Shown here piece after piece: positions 37,610-50,784 of a stretch of DNA of 64,000 nt (position 1 is its first letter; each line of letters opens with the position of its first letter). This stretch comes from Tricharina praecox (taxonomy: Eukaryota). The stretch is from NCBI RefSeq assembly GCF_024521635.1, contig NW_026250437.1:186001-250000 (forward strand), written 5' to 3'. The notes beneath the pieces are model-generated. The model ran no database searches. It was not told the DNA's origin and worked only from the letters and a program-made list of their open reading frames with translations. Made by a program: the position numbers and the translations under genes.

Positions 37610-39856
37610 ATGACACAACTCTTTGGCGGATCCTCGTCGCCGTCATCGACGAGCTCGCACGATCGGAAGGCCACGCTCACGACACCACCGTCGTCGTCGA
37701 AAGGACACATGCACTTTGGCGGGGGGGCGGGCGGCGGAGGAGGAGGAGGAAGTGGTGGTGGTGGTGCTGGTGGCGGAGGATCGACATCGGCTGCGGCACA
37801 CGTCGGCTCGAAGCTAAGGAACTTCTTTCGGATAAATTCGTCGAGCCATTCGGGGAACAATGAGATGTCTGGATCGGGCCATGGCCACGGCATGAGTGGT
37901 GGGAGTGGTGGGAGTGGTGGAAGTGGAGGAGGAGGGTTACGACCGAAATCAAGATTTCTTCGTGGAAGGTCGACAAGCTCCGCCAGTCAACTGGATCATC
38001 CGACCGATATCTCGCCCACGGCAAATGCGAATCCATATTTTGCGCACCAGGGCCAGCCGGCACTGCGACATCACAACCACGACTCCGCTCCAAGTTCGCC
38101 ACCGGACACGCCGTCGTCGGCGGAGAAAGCGGCGGCGGCGGCGGCGGCGAATGGAGCGGATAAGACGACGGATAGTGGAAAGGCGGAATTGGCAAGGAAG
38201 CTCAGGAGGGTGGCGTCCGCGCCGAATGCTCAGGGGATGTTTACCAATGGTCAAAATCCGGACGAGGAGGTCCCGGAGGTCCCGCCGATTGGAGTCATAC
38301 CTAGCGGCTCGAATAACAATAGCACCGGGAATCTGCTGGTGCCTGGCGATCCGGCGGTAGATCGGTTACGAGGGCAGGCTTTTAGGAGGACTTATTCCAG
38401 CAATTCAATCAAAGTCAGGGATGTGGAGGTCGGTCCTGGGAGCTTCGATAAGATTAAACTGCTGGGCAAGGGAGACGTGGGCAAGGTGTATTTGGTGCGG
38501 GAAAAGAAGAGTAGTCGGTTATATGCGATGAAAGGTGGGAGATTCTTCCCCCCTCTGGATCATGTGTGCACGAGTACTGACTGTCAGTGTAGTTCTGAGT
38601 AAGAAGGAGATGATCAAGCGCAACAAAATCAAAAGAGCTCTGGCGGAACAGGAGATTCTGGCTACCAGCAATCATCCGTTCATCGTCACATTGTACCACT
38701 CGTTCCAGTCGGAGGACCACTTGTACCTGTGTATGGAGTATTGCAGCGGAGGAGAGTTCTTTAGAGGTAGCATACCCCCCATAAGCTTAGCACCCGGCAT
38801 CAATTAACAATGTGTGCAGCACTACAAACTCGACCAGGCAGATGCATTCTGGAGGACGATGCTCGCTTCTATGCCGCCGAAGTTACTGCTGCGTTGGAGT
38901 ACCTCCATCTGATGGGTTTCATCTACCGCGACCTCAAGCCGGAAAACATCCTGCTTCACCAATCGGGACACATCATGTTGTCGGACTTTGATTTGTCGAA
39001 ACAGTCCGATCCCGGAGGAGTGCCGACCATGATTGTCTCACGCTCTGGTGCGTCGCAATCCTCGCTGCCGATGGTGGACACCAAATCCTGTATCGCCAAC
39101 TTCCGCACCAACTCCTTCGTGGGAACCGAGGAGTACATAGCGCCGGAGGTGATCAAAGGATGTGGCCACACTAGTGCTGTGGATTGGTGGACGCTTGGTA
39201 TTCTGGTGTATGAGATGCTCTTTGGAACCACGCCGTTCAAGGGCAAGAACAGGAATGCTACATTCGCCAACATTCTCCGCGACGACGTTAGCTTTCCGGA
39301 GCATGCGGGGGTACCTACAATATCGAAGTCAGTCTGCACCTTCGTTTCCATCTTGTAGACTTCGTTGACTGACGAGAATAGTAACTGCAAATCCCTCATC
39401 CGCAAACTGCTAGTCAAGGACGAGAACCGCCGACTCGGATCCAGAGCGGGTGCGAGTGATGTCAAGGGACATCCGTTCTTTAGATCCACGCAATGGGCGC
39501 TACTCAGACACATGAAACCGCCGATGATCCCGAATGCCGGCCGCGAGGTCGATGCCGTCAACTTCCGCCCGGTCAAGGAGAGCGAGAGCGTCGATATCGG
39601 CGCGGCCAGAGTACAGACTCCCAGCACGCTGCGCGCAGATATGGAGACACCCGGCGAGAAGGAGGTCGATCCGTTCGAGGAGTTTAACTCTGGTGTGTAT
39701 TATGTTTTCCATCTCTCCGCCACGATAAATACTGACATGTACCCAATAGTCACCCTCCACCACGATGGAGAACACGATGCTGGCAACCATGCGCACATGA
39801 GAAGCAGCGATGAAGATAATGCGAAACCACCGAAAGGAAGCATGAGAAGACGTTAG
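37610..39856 (+). CDS. nrc-2: AGC Ser/Thr kinase Nrc-2 / Fpk1-Kin82 flippase kinase; 4 introns
   Basis: [49 protein letters not shown] (DFD typical of this subfamily) and [15 protein letters not shown]. Confidence 0.93.
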
Positions 39857-40707
39857 TTGCGTACTTATTGATTCGTGGTTTGCGTATTATTCTTATTTTT
39901 TATTTTTTATTTTTTTTGTGTAGTCCCCCCCCCCCCCCTCTCTCTCTCCTTTTTTCTCTTTTTTGGGTGCGGGACGGAGCGGATATCATCTCTTACGGCC
40001 ATATTCTGAATTGATTTTTACGTGGAGGACGGGGACGAGGCGTGGGAAGTGGGAAGCGGGATGTGGGATGTTGCGGATCGATTGCAACGGAATGCAGATG
40101 GAAATGGGATGCGATGATTCGTTGAATGGTGGGAATTGTGGGGACGGTGGGAACAGTGAAACAGTGGGAATGGAGGGGATCGCACTTGGGCGGGGGTGGA
40201 TATGTCAATTATCGTATGGAGTTTAGATACCTAAGTAAGTACTTCTATGTGGCTTACGATTGTGATGGTGGTGATGGTGGTGAGGTCGTGACAGCACGGG
40301 ACGGTACGGTGGCGATACCTTGCACACCACACACAGCAGAGTACCATACAAGTACCGACAGAGACAGACAGAGACAGAAAACAATACATTTGACGCCCGC
40401 TGGTAAAGTAAAGCAAATCAAAGTAGGTAGTATACAGAACAGAACAGCGCCGTGTATAAACATGAAATGTGAAATATGAAAGGAAAGCAACACTCCCACC
40501 TCGTCCGATATGCGATCATATCCTCTTCCTCCATACTGTTGCGCTCGGGGTATACAGGGTACATGGGGTCGCTTTCGGTGCAGTCGGGGATGTCGAGGAT
40601 GATGGTGATGATGGTAGGCTGTTGGTAGGCTGGTGGATCGGTGCGACGAGAATACTGGAATACCATACATGAGCGTGATATGCATCGGCGAGAGTCGAGA
40701 GTCGAGA

Positions 40708-41105
40708 TCAATTCTCCCGCCACTTATGCCCGCAAGTAACACACTGCGCACACTGCGATCAGCCCTATGCAATTCCCCTCGAGTGATGAGTATTTGACTC
40801 ACCTTATAAAACGTAGTCATAGGCTCATCGGCGCTTCTGATCTGGACCATATAGAAGTACGCCCTCATGCCGTTTTCACAGTTCGCATCAGGACATTGCG
40901 CGTCAGTCTGGTCGACATTGTCCCACGCCCCGTCGCCGCCCATCACGTCGTCGACTTCCTTGCGCTTCATCGGCTTGCGCTCGTAGTACTTGCGTGTCAG
41001 AAGGAATTGGTACGGGCACGTCCGGCATTCGAGTCGGTTGCTGGCGCTCGAGGGGCAGCGGGATACGGTCAAAGTGTTGGAGCATTGCGGGCAGAAGAGG
41101 AGCAT
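40708..41105 (-). CDS. RPC11: RNA polymerase III subunit C11; one intron (about 40744-40802)
   Basis: MLLFCPQCSN...CRTCPY zinc ribbon, and QIRSADEPMTTFYK spliced to CVTCGHKWREN*. Confidence 0.95.
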
Positions 41106-42127
41106 TGTGTGGTTGTTGGGAGGGGGTGCGGGCGAGGGGGGGGAGGAGGGGCGCAGGTGGAGGACGTGGAGAGGTGGGTTGGTGGTGGTGGTGCGCGCAA
41201 GTGGGTGATGGTGGTGAGGGAGCGTGGTAGCGGTGGTGATGGGACGTGGAGAGGTGGTGGTCGTGGTGAGGGAGCGTGGTGGTGGAGGACGTGGAGGGGT
41301 GGTCGTAGATGGGTGAGGTTTACGGCCGGTGGTGGGGTGGAAGGTATGGTCGTTTTTTTCGAGCCGCGTGAGTTCGTGTGTGACTAACTATAGTAACAGC
41401 TAACAACTCTAGAGTCTAAACACGCGACACGTGACCGTAGAGGTTCACGTCGCGTCACTCGCTCACTGCAGCCCAGATCGGAGAAAAATTGACACAGTTC
41501 GGTAGCGAAAGTAAAAGAGGACTTGGAAAGTTTAGAGTAGGATCTCTAATTATCACACACAGAAATCAAGATTCAAGAAACAAAGAAGCTTGGAAAATGG
41601 AAGAATTGCACCGAACACTTTGCAACATGAGAGACTAGCAATAGATATTCACGACCACACCGCTCATCGATCCTCACGGTACGGTACACTATCTGTCCCC
41701 ACGCAGCTCCCTTCCGCTGGCTCGAAGCATATAGTCGCCGCCGACGACCGCCGCCCCCTCTCGTCGCGCACGATTTTCGCCATTCGACGAAATCGAGGCG
41801 GACTAAACCGATGGTTGGGTTGTTCTAACTGTTAGCTTCCTTGGAATCAAGCCCTTGGTTGGGTGAGATACGTTTGAGTCTTGGGCACGAGCGATTCCAG
41901 TCCGCTGCTACTTTCCGAGGGGCACTTAGAAAGCGTGAGGAACGTTGAAGCTTGAGTTTGAATGTGGTAACTGCTCCGCTCAGAGTGTCGGTCGAAAACT
42001 AAACCTCTGTTGGTTACATCAAGTTACTTCCTCTCGTCGTACATATCCACCGGGGAAGGCATTACCCCCTCATCTCAGCGAACTACCCGCCGGCTCCTTC
42101 CTTCCCTCCTTCCTTCCGAACGCCCAG

Positions 42128-42258
42128 CACCCATTCGCCTATAGCGGCTTGTGCACGGGACTGCGGGTAGCCATTCGAGAGTCCGCGAGAACAGAGAACC
42201 GAGATTCTGGAATGGATATCCACAATCCCGTACACAAGCCACCACAGGCGAATTGGTG
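42128..42258. repeat. Long inverted repeat / fold-back (53-bp arms, 25-nt loop)
   Basis: 42128-42180 versus the reverse complement of 42206-42258: 43/53 identical with no gaps. Confidence 0.85.
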
Positions 42259-43174
42259 ATGGGTGCATACTGCCTAGGTTCTGGGAACTGCTCCCGAGAG
42301 GGGTGGGGGGAGGGGGGTATGGCGCTGGGATGGGTTCGGGCCTTTCGTTACAGTCACAGTCCCCACCCGTCGTCGTCGGAGAAGGACATATTGAGAGGTA
42401 TTTACATAGGACGCTCGGTGACGCTGGCCGCTCGCGTCTGCTGGAGCCAGGTCGGCCACAGATATACGTACCTCGTCCTGCTCGTCTCCTGCCGAGACTC
42501 TCGATTCTCACCTGGACCGTCCTTTCAATCTCAATATCTGAAGGGGAGAACGCGAACAGGACATCGCGCACTCCAATGGACTTCTTTTTGTGGTCAGTTG
42601 CGGAGGTTGGGCGTCGAAACGCTACCTAGTGGTGGAGCTTGAAGGGGATTGTAGTATGATAGCGAAAGGACCTAGCCCCAACTGTAGGACACGACCGCCT
42701 GCAACTTATGTATTCGCGGGGCCAAAATGTCTGTCCCAACCCCACTCATGGGCAATCCATGACTCGACCGCTGCTCGACCAATAGACAGCGGCTATGCAA
42801 GCCACCGGTTGTAGCAGGGTGTGGGGATGACTTCTCGGCGCCGCGAGGAGAGTGGTCACTGGTGCCGAGCCTCGCTTGCGTCTGCATCCCTGTTCCGGAT
42901 GTGAAGCAGCGTGCTGGATATTTATGTATCACTCGGCAGGTCGTTCTTTATGGGCACATCCGTGTTCTTGACATCTGTGATAGCTTGACAAAACCATTCG
43001 ATGCTTGCTGTACAGCTCTGGGGATATGGGATCCGGCATGCATACACCACCGTCACACCCCAGAGTAGACAGTCTACCCTTCAAATGGACAGGCCGTCGT
43101 TACAGACATCAATAAGACTACATGCATGCCATATGTGTTCCGTCATCCAGTAAAGATGAAACCCCCCAATACAA

Positions 43175-44361
43175 TCATACCCTTGAAGTGAAAATCACTG
43201 GCTCTCCCAGTTTACCCCCATAAATTTCTTCCAAAAACTGATGGCGCTGAACCGCGCCCCTGAAGGTGGCCAACCTCTCATCGCCCTTCGCAAACGCCTC
43301 ATAAAGGCGCGCGACATTTGCCGCCGGCCCGACGTTTCCGCCATCATCCACCTTCACATCCTGAATCTTCCCATCGGCATCCTTGATCCTGACCCTGATA
43401 TTGTTCGACATGTTCAAGAACACCGACGAGCTCGTGATCTCAACCTCTCCCTTTGTTCCGTAGATGTACCATCTCAACGCCGGCTCGGACGGGTCGAATT
43501 GGGGCCCCCCGCGGAGCGAGAATGAGAATGTTACGCCGGAAGTCAGGAAGCCGTGCAGGTTGATGTGATCAGCGGTGTTTTTGGGCGCGGCGGCGGAAAT
43601 CACCTCGCGCGTTTTCCCGTCGACAATGGTGATGGTCTTGAGCTGGTTGGCGAGGAGTGATTGGAATGAAGTGATTTCGCCGAGTGAGGTTTGAACAAGG
43701 TCGACCACTGCTACGGTGAGCACCACTGTATGCGATCCAAGAGAAAAAGAGGAGACGGCTTACAGTGTCCGAAGTGGATAGACACGATGCTGCCGCCAAC
43801 CTTGGAATCCAAGAAATACGCCATTCCCTGCGTCTCCACTGGCGCCATTTGCGACGCGGCCGCCACAACAGTAGAGCTGAGAACACCTCCGATCCTGCCG
43901 CTCTCCACGATGCCACGGATAGTATCCACCAGGGGCTCCACCCTTCCCTGGAGGCCCACAACCGTCTTCACGCCCTTCTTCTCGGCCAGTGCGGCCAGCT
44001 CCTCCGCCTCATCGATATTCCTCGCCAGCGGCCACTCGACATACGCCATCTTCCCGGCCTCGAGCGCGGGCTTGACAAGATCGTAGTGGGTAGCGACATT
44101 GACCGAGACGACGACGAAGTCGACGTCGGGGTCTGTGGCGAGCGCCGCCGGACTACCGTACACTTTTGTTTTGGCGGGGAGCTTGTACGCGGCCACGACG
44201 GCCTCGGCCGCTGCAATGCTCGAGTTGCAGATCGCTACTAGCTCGTACTTTTTCTGCCCCGCGCCCGACAGCAGGTACGGTAGGTGCGTGGAGTTGGCCC
44301 ACGCATGGGGGTTGGAGCCTGAGGCGCCCATCAACCCGACGCGGATACGGGGTGCTGCCAT
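43175..44361 (-). CDS. Gfo/Idh/MocA-family oxidoreductase (Gal80-like fold); one intron (about 43710-43763)
   Basis: IRVGLMGAS, DPDVDFVVVSVNVATH, YVEWPLA, TVVGLQGR, IHFGH and YGTKGEV. Confidence 0.9.
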
Positions 44362-45927
44362 GTTGACTAGTAAGCGATACTGAGGTGATTGCGGTTGGTG
44401 TTGGGATGGTCGCGGTTGATTTGCGATGACTTTGAGAGATATGAAACTGTGGGCCTGGTTTTGTTCTTCCTGGAGAAGAAGCAACTTTATATTGCTTAGT
44501 TCTTCAGCTCGGGGTGGGGTGAGCACCGGCCAATGGAGTTCCGGTCCGGCAAAGCTTCGAAAATTTCAAGCTCCGGCTTAGAAATGGTCAAGCGCCGGCT
44601 TAGAAATGTTTGAGGATCGGCAGAGCGGCGGCAGATGGCGTAATCGGTTGATCGTTCAAGCGAAACTAACTACCGGTAGCCCGGGTTCCGGCATCTCGTC
44701 GCATCCGCTTGGGAGGTTAGTTAGTTAGCCCTCATGCATGCATCCAACACGCCCAAATCCATGCATAGTTTTCTGCTCGTCGAATCTCAATAACAAGACC
44801 AAGGTACCAGTATCATCATCTGCCGAACCCGTGGGCTCCTGGGTTTCGTCGAACGTCATCGCTCGCCCGCCTCGCGTATGCAGCTCCGCAGGGCTAACAT
44901 CGCCGCCCTGAAGGACTTGGCACCGACGTGAGTACTCTACCTATCAAGGTAGAAAAGTGTCTGCGGTCGTTACTCGAGACATGCTCGAAGGGCTCTTGTT
45001 GATATGCTATGAAGGTGGGCTAGAGAAACCGACCTATCAGGAGCTGATGCAATTGGTGGGAGACGACGGCCGGGGCGCAATATATCCGGTTTCGCAAGTT
45101 GTGTGTGATTAACGCCCTCCCCGCGCGGTGAGTCCAGTCCCTGCAAGTGGATTCAGCGGACAGCGTCTAGTTTACTAGAGCAGTGAGAGTCCCGCGACGG
45201 GTATGGACAACTGATGAACTGATTCAATTAGGTGAAAAGCAACGGAAGAAAAGGAGGCCTATCGTCTATGAACCTTTTGAGGATATCTGTGGTGGTTGAT
45301 AATAGGTGCGTCTGATGTATTGAACAAGAGACTGACCGACTATGTAGACGAACATAAAAGCAGTATCAGAGGACATTTCAACGTTGAGAGACGGCATCAG
45401 GTCTACCCGCCTTCACATCTTGGTCTCACCATAGTTACCGCCGCTCGCCGCCCGCCGCTTACTGCAACACGGAGGCGCCCCCGCCCCGAATCCCACACTA
45501 GGGAGCTCAGTTTGACTCAAGAGAGGGACGGCGATGGCTACATGGACGGTCTATTGCACGCCGTCCCGTCTCGGGCCGAACTGGACGGTCTGCCGAAGGC
45601 TGGCGCTGCGAGTTGAGCGTGGGTGCTCGCCCTCTGATCCGGCCGTCTCGGCTTAGAACAGAATAGGCAGCATAAATAAGCATTGCACTTAACGAGTCGG
45701 ATATGTTCAAGCAAGTACGTTACGATGGTAAATCTCTGGATTCGAAATAGCAGAGTCCACGAATGTACGGTAGTAGGCAAGACTTCGGGACTTTGGTTCT
45801 CATGTTCTACAGTCTACAGGGCTGCATCGCCACTACCAGAACGGCAACCCATCCCAACCCGACAGCTACACCTCATGTAACAACCACTCCCACTGGTTAC
45901 CCCTTAAATTCAACCTCATCCATCACT

Positions 45928-46997
45928 TGGATCGTAACTTTAGACTTAGAGTTCCAAAATGGCCACGCGACTCCACTCAACCCGGAAAATCTCCAAAAGT
46001 AGGCCAGAATATGTCCAAAGAATTTGCGGAGAGAGTTGTTCTCTTGGTTCGTGGCTACAATCTAGTGAATTTTGAAAGTTTTTCACGCTTGTGATTGAGG
46101 TTTTAAACGAGAAGAGGCGCGAGAGATCTTCGCCATCTGGCAAGTCGCAATTTCAGATACAAACTTGCCCCATTCAGCACAAAAATCGTCACCTAAATAA
46201 TGAATACTCTGGGGGCAAAGAGATGATACATTAAAAGCCCTTGACGGTCATCAACTTTCCAAAAGACAAAGCACCGATGAATAAATGCTGCCGCACGGTA
46301 TATCACTCGCTGAAACCTGGCAGACAGATAAATCACACCTCTGATGTCTCAAAACAAGTCCTGGAAGCCCTGATTTCACCAATCTTTCTCTACAGCACTA
46401 CTCTATCGCATTCCAAACGTCACATCGCCAGCTGCCCTGTCGTGGAAGGCTATAGAAGCGGTCCAAGTGTCCAAATTCTTCTCGAGGAGACGACATTTTT
46501 ATTCTTCCATATTTACCTCTGAGGGTTGCTTATGATCTTCAGTATTGCTACGAAAGGTAACCCAGAATAAATCCTATTTTTAAAAATGTTACGATGGCAT
46601 AGACCGCCGGACAAAAATTAGCCTCGTTTTGAGATGACGAAAAATGTCGACATTTGCGTCCAAAACCCAATGATCGCGTAAGGTCTGGGGGGCGCCGCTG
46701 CGTCACATCAATTTCTAGAGTGGCTACATCATATTTTATGAGTTCTAGGGGTTGAGGGCAAGGGTCATGTGGTGGTGGGCCAGTATGGTCGTGGAAAGTT
46801 AATTTGCGCTTCTGGGTGGAAAGCTAGCCTTAAACCATCATTAGAACTACCATAATATGATTGAAACCCTTTATTCGTATCTAAAGAAAAACTCTATCTA
46901 GTCACAGCCCTACTCCGGGGTGTTGGTGGTGCGACTGGGTGGGTGGAGGAGTGGCCATTTCTGAGGCGATTTTGGAACTCCAGCGCGTTACGATCCA
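45928..46997. mobile_element. Probable non-autonomous DNA transposon relic with imperfect terminal inverted repeats (about 1.07 kb)
   Basis: Left end TGGATCGTAAC..GAGTTCCAAAAT..GGCCAC..CTCCAC; the right end reverse-complemented gives the same blocks in the same order. Interior is relatively AT-rich and non-coding. No TSD seen. Confidence 0.55.
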
Positions 46998-47219
46998 TAG
47001 GATAGCACTGATGATAACGGGGGGTTCTTTGCCGCCACCAGCAGCTGCAAGAAGTCGAGAGTAATAGGAACGAGGTTGAACTTCACTGGAAGATTCTTTC
47101 GCAACTCTGTTGGAATACCTACATATATGAGTAGTGGCACCGCCGCCGAGGAATTACACCGTGGGAATCCGCGGTTACGCTTAAGGTGCAAATTTCACAG
47201 GGTAGTACCTACCTATGTC

Positions 47220-47419
47220 GACGGGCTGCGTGTACAGCTCCTCTAAACTCGATAGGGAGCGGAAAAGCCTCAAAACAGGCTGTGGACATTGGAGACGATC
47301 CTCGGTCAAAGTGTGATACCTGGGCTGGTGTCAAGTGGGCGGCAAAAATCCGGGATATCGCGGAGATCGTGCGGAATCTACACATGCATAAGGTATCACT
47401 CCTAGTGTTGTACCAGTGA
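47220..47419 (+). pseudogene. Frameshifted fragment of a HeLo-like N-terminal exon (fourth paralog remnant)
   Basis: DDPRSKCDTWAGVKWAAKIRDIAEIVRNLHMHKVSLL matches DDPKSKFGIWDRGKWAAKDQDIAKILRNLQMHKTSL of the gene at 54891. Confidence 0.8.
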
Positions 47420-47802
47420 AGATGGTAATGGCCCTTGGTGGATCGCCGTGGCGGCCGTACGTGTTTTGGAAGCCAAAAGATCTGAGTATCTCCTACGTAT
47501 GAATATCGTGCCTTGGATCCAACGAGCATATATATAGAGGGCTCGAAGCGATTTACCTAGGTATTGTAGCGCTGCGCATTGGCACTTGAGTCGCTGATCG
47601 GACGACATGGTACAAATAGTATCCGCTTTGATTGATTGTCTCTACACGGTGAATCCGTGGAACGTGTGCAAGATTTGATACATAGGTGCCACCGATACCA
47701 TGCATGATGTGCGCTTACAGCCGCACATCACGAACCCCGTGATCGCCTATGAACACCCTCTGCCCACCGGACCACGAGCGTCAACCGGCCACTACTTCCA
47801 CG

Positions 47803-50092
47803 ATGGACCCTCTTTCGATTGCCCCATCGGTAGCATGGTTGTTGCAGGTCGGAGCCAAGGTCATCGGCTTTCTTTCCACCGCGATCGACGCCCCCAGCAC
47901 TGCCCGCAACACTCTCGTAGAAGTACAAGCACTCCACGGGATATTTCGCTAGCTGGACGACTTCATCGTAATTTTCGCCCAACAGAGCATAGCTCGCAAA
48001 TCCAGGATTGCAATCGACGACCTGGTTGTCATCCTGACGGGCTGCGTGTGTAAATTCTCTGAGCTAGATAGGGACCTCAAAGGCGTCAAGACGGACTACG
48101 CCTACAGCACCAAATATCAGTTTCGGCCTTGGGACAGCGTCAAGTGGGCAGCCAAAGAACAGGATATCGCCAAAATACTGCGGAACCTACAGATGCATAA
48201 GACTTCGCTGAATCTATTGCTGTCGGTTTATGCATGGTTAGTCTAGGGTCCCGTCGATGATACTTCCCCGGGGCTCCACCCAGCCCTTCCCGAAGCCTGA
48301 TCTCTTTCGCACACGGCCAACACGTGCGTACGAATAGTTGCTGATACAGAGCTTATTACCTAGTGCATCAACTCAGCAACTGCAACCCGACATGAAAGAA
48401 CTGAAGCAGTTCATGGTGACAGTCAGGGAGGCGGTCCCGGACCTTGTCGAGCGTATAGCAGCAGCAACTCCTCTTGAGCGTAACGACGATGCATTGCTAG
48501 GCCTTTCGGCAGCATCTGGACACGGCTTTTGCAGAGTTCTGGCTGAGACTCGGGTATAAAAGAAAGCGGCTATGGACTCATCAGCTAGTTCTTTCAAGAC
48601 CACCCGCACGACGGAATCCAAATAGTCTCAGCTCACCGGTCTGAGCCTGGCCCAGATATCGAATATATCCGTCCTCTATCTTCCGGTATACAGTTGCGAG
48701 CTGAATAACGGCAGTATGTATGACCAGGGGAAAACCGGCGACAGCGGGGCGCAACTACAGAGCATCACGGGTGGGTTGCTCTCCTTAGGAAGGATTAAAA
48801 AGCCATGGAAACGCCACCGCAAGATCACCACCACCACCACGGTTCGGCATCGCTTGGCCCCAGTTACAGAGCAAGTCATTACACTACACGAAGCAGCTCG
48901 CCAGGGAGATGACATCACGGTCAAGGCTCTTCTACAAACGCCAGGTGTCGACGTTGAGTCCCGGGATGGCGAAGGCTTTACGCCACTGCACATAGCGGTG
49001 TACATCGGACACGTAGCTACAGTGCAGCTACTTCTCGACCGGAATGCCGATGTCGACGCTAGGTTCGACTCCGGCTGGACACTACTTCACTTAGCAGCCC
49101 GCTACGGACATAGACCTACAGTGCAGCTACTGCTCGACCAGAATGCCGACATTGAAGTCAAGTAAAACCGGCATGCTACGGCATTGCACTTAGCGGCTCA
49201 GTACGGACACATAGCTACAGTGCGGCTACTGCTCGACCGGAATGCCAACATCGAGTCCACTAACGATAAAGATCGGACACCGCTTCACCTAGCAGTCGAC
49301 AAAGGATCCACAGCTACAGTGCGGCTTCTGCTTGACCGCAATGCCGACATTGAAGCCAAGGGAAAACAAGGTTTTACAGCGTTGCTCTTAGCGACCAAAA
49401 GCGGACATATAGATAGAGTGCGGCTGCTGCTCGATCGGAATGCCGACGTCGAAGCCACGGACCACAACGACTGAACATCACTTCAGTCAGCAACCCGCTT
49501 CGGACACACAGCTACAATGGAGTTACTGCTCGACTGGAATGCGGACATAGAGGTGATGACCATCCGAGGATTCACCGCGTTGCACATGGCGGCTGAGGAC
49601 GGAGACACAGCTAAAGTACAACTACTGCTCGACCGTAATGCCGACATCGAAGCCAAAGAAAACCGGGGTTCTACGCCGCTGAACATAGCGACTCAACAAG
49701 GACACACAGCTACAGTCCAGCTACTACTCGACCGGTGTGCCGAGGCCGTGGACAACGACTGGACACATGTTCACCTGGCAGTCCAGAACGGACATGCAGA
49801 TGCATTGCAGCTTCTACTTAACCTGGGTGTCGATATCGAAGCCAAAGGCAAATACGACCGGACGCCACTTCACGTGGCGGCGCTTTATAAGTGGGATGCT
49901 ATAATACAACTACTGCTCGACCACGGTGCTGTTGTCCACGCCAGAGATAGGCACGGCTGGACGGCTCTGCAACTAGCCGAAAATAATGGGCACGAGGCCA
50001 CGGCACAGCTGCTTCGACAGTTTGCAATTGGCACCCCTAAGGAGGACCAGGCTGCGGTTGCTGGTTCGGTTTCCCGGAACAGGCGCAAATGA
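47803..50092 (+). pseudogene. HeLo-like-N + linker + about 12 ankyrin repeats, copy A; five in-frame stops; intron 48237-48363
   Basis: MDPLSIAPSV start; stops at 47950, 48557, 48623, 49163 and 49472, with the frame otherwise preserved. Confidence 0.85.
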
Positions 50093-50784
50093 CGACGCCG
50101 CACGATTGGTATGATACTATTAGCAAGATGGGCAGCTGTCGGACCTGTACATAGCAGTAGAAACAGTGTAATACATACTGGCTTCGCTTCCAAGTTCCAA
50201 TTCACATTTGTTGCCCGAGCTAGGTACTCAAGATAGCCCGCCACCGAGCGGCCACCTCATCGCCGAAAAGTGCGCAGCAAACCACGACCTTCTGCTAATC
50301 CTCCGGTAACAAGTCGGAGCTGAGGATGTGTGAGGTGAGAACAGGCACTGCCGAGGGGCGGCATGTGGCGAGCACAGATAGGTAGAATCACACATTATAT
50401 GGTGGTGCCGTATGGCGAGCAGCCTGCAGGCCCCCATGAATACCTTTTGAAGCACTGTAGGTAGTGCCCGGAGGGTGAAGCAAAACATCCTATTGTACGT
50501 ACGAGGTCGAACGAGTGACTGGCAAGGTGAGGTGCACCGTGCGAACCCATATGGCCGGATACCCATCAGAACGGGTTTCTCTAGGACTGTCGTAGTTATG
50601 ATTCTCAGGCCAAGGGCAAGTCGTGGCCACCACCGTCATATCGCCGTAAGTGCCAAAGTAGTTGCTCCCGCACAAATCTCATTAACTATATCTCACTCGT
50701 TTCGCTGCTGCCTGCTGGTTTATGACCGTAATGGGACTAGTGTGTAGATCATAGTCACGTGACGTGGGCGGCTGGCCGCCACCA

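Noticed and set aside
40254..40707. 283-aa ORF implying a C-terminally extended RPC11
   Set aside because: Artefact of reading through the intron; splicing gives the canonical short protein ending CGHKWREN.
41110..41345. G-rich degenerate repeats upstream of RPC11 as a coding extension or array
   Set aside because: No in-frame ATG seen on the RPC11 strand; low-complexity leader or promoter sequence.
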